This document shows, one piece after another, positions 58,561-64,000 of a DNA stretch of 64,000 nt; the first letter of the stretch is position 1; each line of letters opens with the position of its first letter. The notes below the pieces were generated by a model, which did no database searches, was not told the DNA's origin, and saw nothing but the letters and a program-made list of their open reading frames with translations. The position numbers were made by a program, and so were the translations under genes. The stretch is from Escherichia coli (GTDB taxonomy: Bacteria; Pseudomonadota; Gammaproteobacteria; Enterobacterales; Enterobacteriaceae): the NCBI RefSeq assembly GCF_002854065.1, contig NZ_CP024147.1. One strand, written 5' to 3'.

Positions 58561-59517
58561 TCACATCGCCGCTTCATTTTTCGCCCGTAGCTTCTTCGCC
58601 TGGCTTTCCAGCAACAGGTAACAGATCAGCGCCAGCAGCAGCGGGATAAAGTAATACAGCACACGGTAAGCGAGCAGGGCGGCGATAATTGTGCCTTTGG
58701 ATGTATGCTCCCCTGCCAGTAATGCGATAAATACCGCTTCCAGCACACCAATCCCCGCCGGAATATGCACGATGACGCCTGCAATACTACTAACCAGCAA
58801 CACGCCCAGTACAAAGAAATAGTTAACGCTTTGACCAAGTAACAGCCAGATTATCGCTCCCATTACCATCCAGTTAACGCTGGAAATCAGCATCTGGGCG
58901 AGGGCGAATTTCCACGAAGGCAGCACCAGCTTTTGCCCTTTAATGGTCATATGGCGGTGTTTCGCAAAAGCGCAAAACCACAAATAAACCGCGATAATCA
59001 TCAGTAAGCCAATGCCGAGAATGCGCAGCGTGGTTTGATCGACATACCAGTGATCCGGTAGCTCCACCACGCCTGCGGTAAAGATAATCCCCGCCAGCAA
59101 AATATAGCCCAGCCAGTTGGTGGTAATACTGAGCGAGAAAATCCGCGTAATAGTGCTACCGGGCAACCCCAGACGAGAGTACAAACGATAGCGCATACCA
59201 ATGCCGCCGACCCAGGTACTGAGTGTCAGGTTGAAGGCGTAGCAGATAAACGACACCAGCATCACCTGGCGCTTCGCCAGTTTGTGACCGCAGTAGAAAC
59301 GGGCGAGCAGGTCATAGCAGCCGTAAATCAGATAGCTGACGACCACCAGCCCGACCGCACTAAGCAGCGCAACGCGATTGTAGTCGCGGATGACCTTCCA
59401 GACCTCTTCCCAGTCCACTTTTTTGGCGTAGACCACCAGCAACACAATCACCGCGATAAAAAACAGCCAGGTGAGGATCTTCTTTGCTAAGCGCCAGCGC
59501 GGGTGTGATTTACTCAT
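58561..59517 (-). CDS. ybhN: inner membrane protein YbhN
   Basis: 318-aa polytopic membrane ORF; first gene of ybhN-clsB-ybhP read in the minus direction. Confidence 0.92.
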   Translation of the reverse strand: MSKSHPRWRLAKKILTWLFFIAVIVLLVVYAKKVDWEEVWKVIRDYNRVALLSAVGLVVVSYLIYGCYDLLARFYCGHKLAKRQVMLVSFICYAFNLTLSTWVGGIGMRYRLYSRLGLPGSTITRIFSLSITTNWLGYILLAGIIFTAGVVELPDHWYVDQTTLRILGIGLLMIIAVYLWFCAFAKHRHMTIKGQKLVLPSWKFALAQMLISSVNWMVMGAIIWLLLGQSVNYFFVLGVLLVSSIAGVIVHIPAGIGVLEAVFIALLAGEHTSKGTIIAALLAYRVLYYFIPLLLALICYLLLESQAKKLRAKNEAAM

Positions 59518-60758
59518 CAGGGTTTTACCCCCGTGTTTTCAGTTTCTACCCGATCCTGCGTTTCCATTGTCGGTTGTGCGGGGGGATCAACCTGCGCCAG
59601 ACGTGGCGTGTGTGCCGGAAGCCAGCCAACCAGCGCCGGGAAGTGGCGTAAAAAGTGGAACGCCAGCACGCTTTTGGTCAGGTTCCACCAGGTGCGTTTC
59701 GGCAGCATGGTCTCATCGACCTGCTGACAATCTGCGGCAATAATGCCGTTCAGATTATCGCGCAGCGTCTGGTTAAAATGACGATCGTGGATGATGACAT
59801 TAGCTTCGAGATTCAGTGACAAACTGAGCGGATCGAGATTACTGGACCCTACTGTCGCCCAGTGATCGTCCATCAATGCCACTTTGCCGTGGAGCGGGCG
59901 GCGGCGGTACTCAAATACCTGAACGCCGCCTTTAACCAGATAGTTATACAGCAAGCGCGCACCGACTCTGACAATCGGCATATCCGGTTCGCCCTGAATT
60001 ATCAGTTTGATCCGCACCCCGCGCCGTGCCGCTTTACGCAAGGCGTGTAAAAATCGATAGCCGGGGAAGAAGTAGGCGTTGGCGATAATGACTTCTCGCC
60101 GCGCCTGAGTGAGCATTTTCAGATAGTGACGTTCAATATCATCGCGATGTTCTTCGTTATCGCGCCAGACCAGCAATACCTGCGCTTCTCCCGGCTGGCG
60201 GTTCTCTTCCGCTTTGTGATGACGTCGCCACCAGCGTCGTGCCGCGCTCTGTCCAGGCAGGTTTTCCAGCTCAAACTGGAGAATATCTTCGACAATCGGC
60301 CCTTCAAGGCGTACCGCGTAATCCTGTTTAGCCTCTGGACCGTAGCTGGACATATGCTCGGCGGAGTAATTCAGCCCGCCAATAAAGGCTATACGCGCGT
60401 CGATCACCACAATTTTGCGATGCATCCGGCGAAACACATTGGTGCGCATACCAAAAAGGCGAGGGCGGGGATCGTAGTAGCGGAACACTACGCCAGCTGC
60501 CGTCAGTTCATTGACAAACTCATCGCTGAGATCCGGCGAACCGTAGCCATCCAGCAAGACTTCCGCTTTAACCCCGCGTTGCGCTGCTGCCAGTAGTGCC
60601 GCATGCAGTTGTTTGCCGACGTCATCCTCAAACCAGATAAACGTTTCAAGAATGATGCGTTCTTGTGCCTCGCCAATCGCCTTAAACACCGCGGGATAAT
60701 ATTGCTCGCCGTTTTCCAGCAACTGGATCTTATTGCCTTCGCGCCAGCTACATTTCAT
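59517..60758 (-). CDS. clsB: cardiolipin synthase B (phospholipase D family)
   Basis: 413 aa with two HxK(x4)D motifs ([17 protein letters not shown]). Confidence 0.95.
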
Positions 60759-61516
60759 AAATGAATCTCCGCACTTAAAGGGGCATGATCAGAAAGGTGT
60801 CGCCATGTCCGCAGCGGCAACGCGGTTGGCGCGCTGGCGCTGGCATTTTTGACGTAGATCCTGTCCAGTCGTAGTAGAGGAAATTGCACCGGAAACGTGC
60901 GCGCCGGGCGTCCGTGGGCGCGGGTAAAAATCTCATCCAGTCCGGCCTGCACTTTTAACGGATGATTAGCTTTTTGCCGCCAGTCATTGAAATCACCCGC
61001 CACCAATACCGGTTCGCCGTCCGGTAGCTCATTCACCCATTCGGCGAGCATCGCAAGCTGCGCCTGACGGTGCGCCTCACGCAGGCCCAGATGTACGCAC
61101 ATCACATGAATCGCTTTTCCGGTCATCGGCGGCACAATGCGGCAGTAGAGCACGCCGCGCTTTTCCGCACCATCGACCGAAACATCGCGATTCTCATAAT
61201 GTTCAATGGGATAACGCGACAGTACGGCGTTGCCGTGATGCCCTTCCGGGTATACGGCATTGCGACCGTAGGCAAAATCGCTCCACATAGTGTCGGCGAG
61301 AAACTCGTAGTGCGAGGTATCGGGCCAGTTTTCCACATGCAGCGGATGAACTTCGTGTGCGCCCATCACTTCCTGCAGGCAAACAATATCGGCGCTGACG
61401 GTACGCACGGCATCGCGAAGTTCCGGCAAAATGAAGCGTCGGTTAAACGCGGTAAAGCCTTTGTGAATATTGATGGTGAGCACCTTGAACGAAAATTGTT
61501 GTGTTTGATCGGGCAT
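60755..61516 (-). CDS. ybhP: endonuclease/exonuclease/phosphatase-family protein YbhP
   Basis: 253 aa, [21 protein letters not shown]...; overlaps clsB start by 4 nt. Confidence 0.93.
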
Positions 61517-61648
61517 AATTTTCCTGTCTTTGCCTCTTATCTCATTGAAATAGTGTAGTCGGCGTCACAAAAAGGTGCGGTCTTACGGAATTTTCCGTAA
61601 AGTTCGGTACTCTGAGTAAGTAGAGATAAATTCTTCAGGAGAGAAGCC

Positions 61649-62059
61649 ATGAAGTGGCAACAACGTGTTCGTGTCGCAACGGGTCTAAGTTGCTGGCAGA
61701 TTATGTTGCATTTACTGGTAGTGGCGCTGCTGGTGGTGGGCTGGATGAGTAAGACTCTGGTTCACGTCGGCGTGGGATTATGCGCACTGTATTGTGTCAC
61801 GGTAGTGATGATGCTGGTGTTTCAGCGCCACCCCGAGCAACGCTGGCGTGAGGTGGCAGACGTGCTGGAAGAGCTGACCACGACCTGGTATTTTGGCGCA
61901 GCGCTGATTGTGCTGTGGCTGTTGTCCCGCGTACTGGAAAACAACTTTTTGCTGGCAATTGCAGGGCTGGCAATCCTTGCCGGCCCGGCGGTAGTGTCTT
62001 TGCTGGCGAAAGATAAGAAGTTACATCACCTTACGTCTAAACATCGCGTACGCCGCTGA
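61649..62059 (+). CDS. ybhQ: inner membrane protein YbhQ
   Basis: 136 aa, [33 protein letters not shown]... Confidence 0.9.
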   Translation: MKWQQRVRVATGLSCWQIMLHLLVVALLVVGWMSKTLVHVGVGLCALYCVTVVMMLVFQRHPEQRWREVADVLEELTTTWYFGAALIVLWLLSRVLENNFLLAIAGLAILAGPAVVSLLAKDKKLHHLTSKHRVRR

Positions 62060-63127
62060 CCCTGTCGTGGCCGTTATCACCAGTAGCGGCCACAAACTAT
62101 TCCACACAATATCCAGACTCGCATCCTTCAAATAAATCTGCTTGGTAATGTCCGTAAAGTGGCGAATAGGATTAATCCACGTCAGGTTTTGCAGCCATAC
62201 TGGCATGTTTTCCACCGGCGAAACGTAACCGGAAAGGAGAATGGCGGGCATCATAAAGACAAACACGCCGATAAACGCCTGCTGTTGTGTTGAACAGAGT
62301 GATGAAATCAACAGACCGAATCCCACCAGCGATAAACCATAAATCACCATCGTAAAGTAGAACAGCGCCAGCGATCCGGCGAAGGGGATTTGATACGCCC
62401 AGATACCAATCGCCAGCACAATGGTGGCCTGGAAGGTGGCGACAATTAACGCCGGTACGGCTTTGCCGATGAAGATCTGCCAGGTGGTGAGCGGCGAAAC
62501 CAGTAGCTGATCGAGCGTACCTTGTTCACGTTCGCGGGCGACGGAAAGTGAAGTGACGATCATTACGCCAATAGTGGTGATCATGGCGATCAGCGACGGC
62601 ACCACAAACCATTTGTAGTCGAGATTCGGGTTATACCAGTTGCGTACCACCAGCTCGCTGTTGTTAGGTTTCGGTTTTCCTTCCAGCAGCTCCTGCTGAT
62701 AATTTTTGACGATCTGTTGCAGGTAGTTGGCGGCAATTTGCGCACTGTTGGAGTTACGCCCGTCGAGGATCAACTGCAACGGCGCGGTCTGGAAGGTATC
62801 CAGTTTGCGCGAGAAGTCAGCCGGGAAACGCATCAGGAGTAACGCCTTTTGTGTGTCGATGGTTGGGCGGATCTCCTGTGGGCTTTTCAGCAGCAGCACA
62901 TGGGTAAAGGCGCTGGCGCGGGCAAAACGTTGGGTCAGCTCCACCGAATGCTCGCCGTTATCTTCATCGTAGATGGCGATGGTGGCGTTGGTCACTTCCA
63001 GCGTGGCGGCGAACGGGAACAGGATCACCTGAATCAGCACGGGTAAAATCAGAATCGCGCGGGTTTGTGGTTCGCGCAGCAACGACTGCAACTCTTTGCG
63101 AATTAACGTCCATAAGCGATGAAACAT
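62021..63127 (-). CDS. ybhR: ABC-2-type transporter permease YbhR
   Basis: 368 aa, [33 protein letters not shown]... Confidence 0.95.
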   Translation of the reverse strand: MFHRLWTLIRKELQSLLREPQTRAILILPVLIQVILFPFAATLEVTNATIAIYDEDNGEHSVELTQRFARASAFTHVLLLKSPQEIRPTIDTQKALLLMRFPADFSRKLDTFQTAPLQLILDGRNSNSAQIAANYLQQIVKNYQQELLEGKPKPNNSELVVRNWYNPNLDYKWFVVPSLIAMITTIGVMIVTSLSVAREREQGTLDQLLVSPLTTWQIFIGKAVPALIVATFQATIVLAIGIWAYQIPFAGSLALFYFTMVIYGLSLVGFGLLISSLCSTQQQAFIGVFVFMMPAILLSGYVSPVENMPVWLQNLTWINPIRHFTDITKQIYLKDASLDIVWNSLWPLLVITATTGSAAYAMFRRKVM

Positions 63128-63137
63128 GCTCTTCTCC

Positions 63138-64000
63138 CTAATCCAGCCGACGTTTGGTTTTCAGCCACGTCAGGCCGATAAACATCACCGCCGAAGCGAT
63201 CAAAAACAGTACGTTCACCACCAGCACCACTGGAATATTCCCGGCGAGGAACAGGCTTTGCAGGGTGCTGACGAAATAACGTGCGGGAATAATGTACGTC
63301 ACCGCGCGGATCACCGCGGGCATACTGTCGATCTGAAAAATAAAGCCGGAAAGCATAATCGACGGCAGAAAAGCCGCGTTCAGAGCGACCTGAGCGGCAT
63401 TGAACTGGTTGCGGGTAATCGTGGAAATCAGCAGCCCCATCCCCAGGGTACTGAGTAAAAACAGGCTGGAGATAAAAAACAGAATCAGCAGCGACCCGCG
63501 ATACGGCACGCCGAGAATAAACACTGACACCAGCATACACAGCAGCATCGCCAGCATCCCGAGAAAGTAATAGGGGATCAGCTTACACAGCAGCAGTTCC
63601 AGACGGGTGATTTCCGTGGAGAGCAGGGCTTCCATGGTGCCGCGCTCCCACTCCCGCGCCACCACCAGCGAGGTGAGGATCGCGCCGATAACCGTCATGA
63701 TAATGGTCACCGCACCGGGGATAATAAAGTGCTGGCTAATCGCCGCCGGGTTAAACCAGTAACGGGTCTGGACGTCGATAAGCGGTTCAAACGACTGCCC
63801 GTTGTCCTCCGCCCGCTGCATTTGCCAAATCTGCCAGATCCCTTCGACATACCCCTGCACAAAGTTAGCGGTATTAGGCTCACTGCCGTCGGTGATCACC
63901 TGAATCGGTGCGGTGGCGTTGGCGCGCTCCATCTGTTCGGCGAAATCCACGGGAATCACCACCAGACCGCGAATTTTCCCCGCCTGCATTTTGGCGATCA
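63138..64000 (-). CDS. ybhS: ABC-2-type transporter permease YbhS, C-terminal part (5' end beyond window)
   Basis: Frame open from stop at 63138 to the window end; paralogous to ybhR; track ORF 63138..63989 begins at an internal Met. Confidence 0.9.
   Translation of the reverse strand, partial: IAKMQAGKIRGLVVIPVDFAEQMERANATAPIQVITDGSEPNTANFVQGYVEGIWQIWQMQRAEDNGQSFEPLIDVQTRYWFNPAAISQHFIIPGAVTIIMTVIGAILTSLVVAREWERGTMEALLSTEITRLELLLCKLIPYYFLGMLAMLLCMLVSVFILGVPYRGSLLILFFISSLFLLSTLGMGLLISTITRNQFNAAQVALNAAFLPSIMLSGFIFQIDSMPAVIRAVTYIIPARYFVSTLQSLFLAGNIPVVLVVNVLFLIASAVMFIGLTWLKTKRRLD

Overview
Escherichia coli-type chromosomal segment, read from the translated ORFs and from recalled knowledge only (no searches run). 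From about 8.1 kb to the end the window is colinear with the E. coli K-12 17-min region: cydA-cydB-cydX-ybgE, ybgC-tolQRA-tolB-pal-cpoB, the lysT-valT-lysW-valZ-lysY-lysZ-lysQ tRNA array, nadA-pnuC, zitB, ybgS, aroG, gpmA, galMKTE, modFE, acrZ, modABC, ybhA, pgl, ybhD, ybhHIJ, ybhC, an unoccupied phage lambda attB, ybhB, bioA/bioBFCD, uvrB, ybhK, moaABCDE, ybhLM, ybhN-clsB-ybhP, ybhQ, ybhR and partial ybhS. The first 8 kb is not K-12-like. It carries a minus-strand, translationally coupled operon for the methylaspartate (mesaconate) route of glutamate catabolism (glutamate mutase S, L and E subunits, methylaspartase) plus two uncharacterised co-operonic genes. Between that operon and the cydA control region lies a visibly AT-rich stretch with a two-gene module of unknown function (314 aa and 140 aa); this is the best candidate for an undescribed system, but its function cannot be assigned from sequence alone. 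No IS element, integrase, CRISPR array or prophage was seen. Several ORF-track entries were trimmed to internal start codons that match the known protein N-termini and have better ribosome-binding sites.
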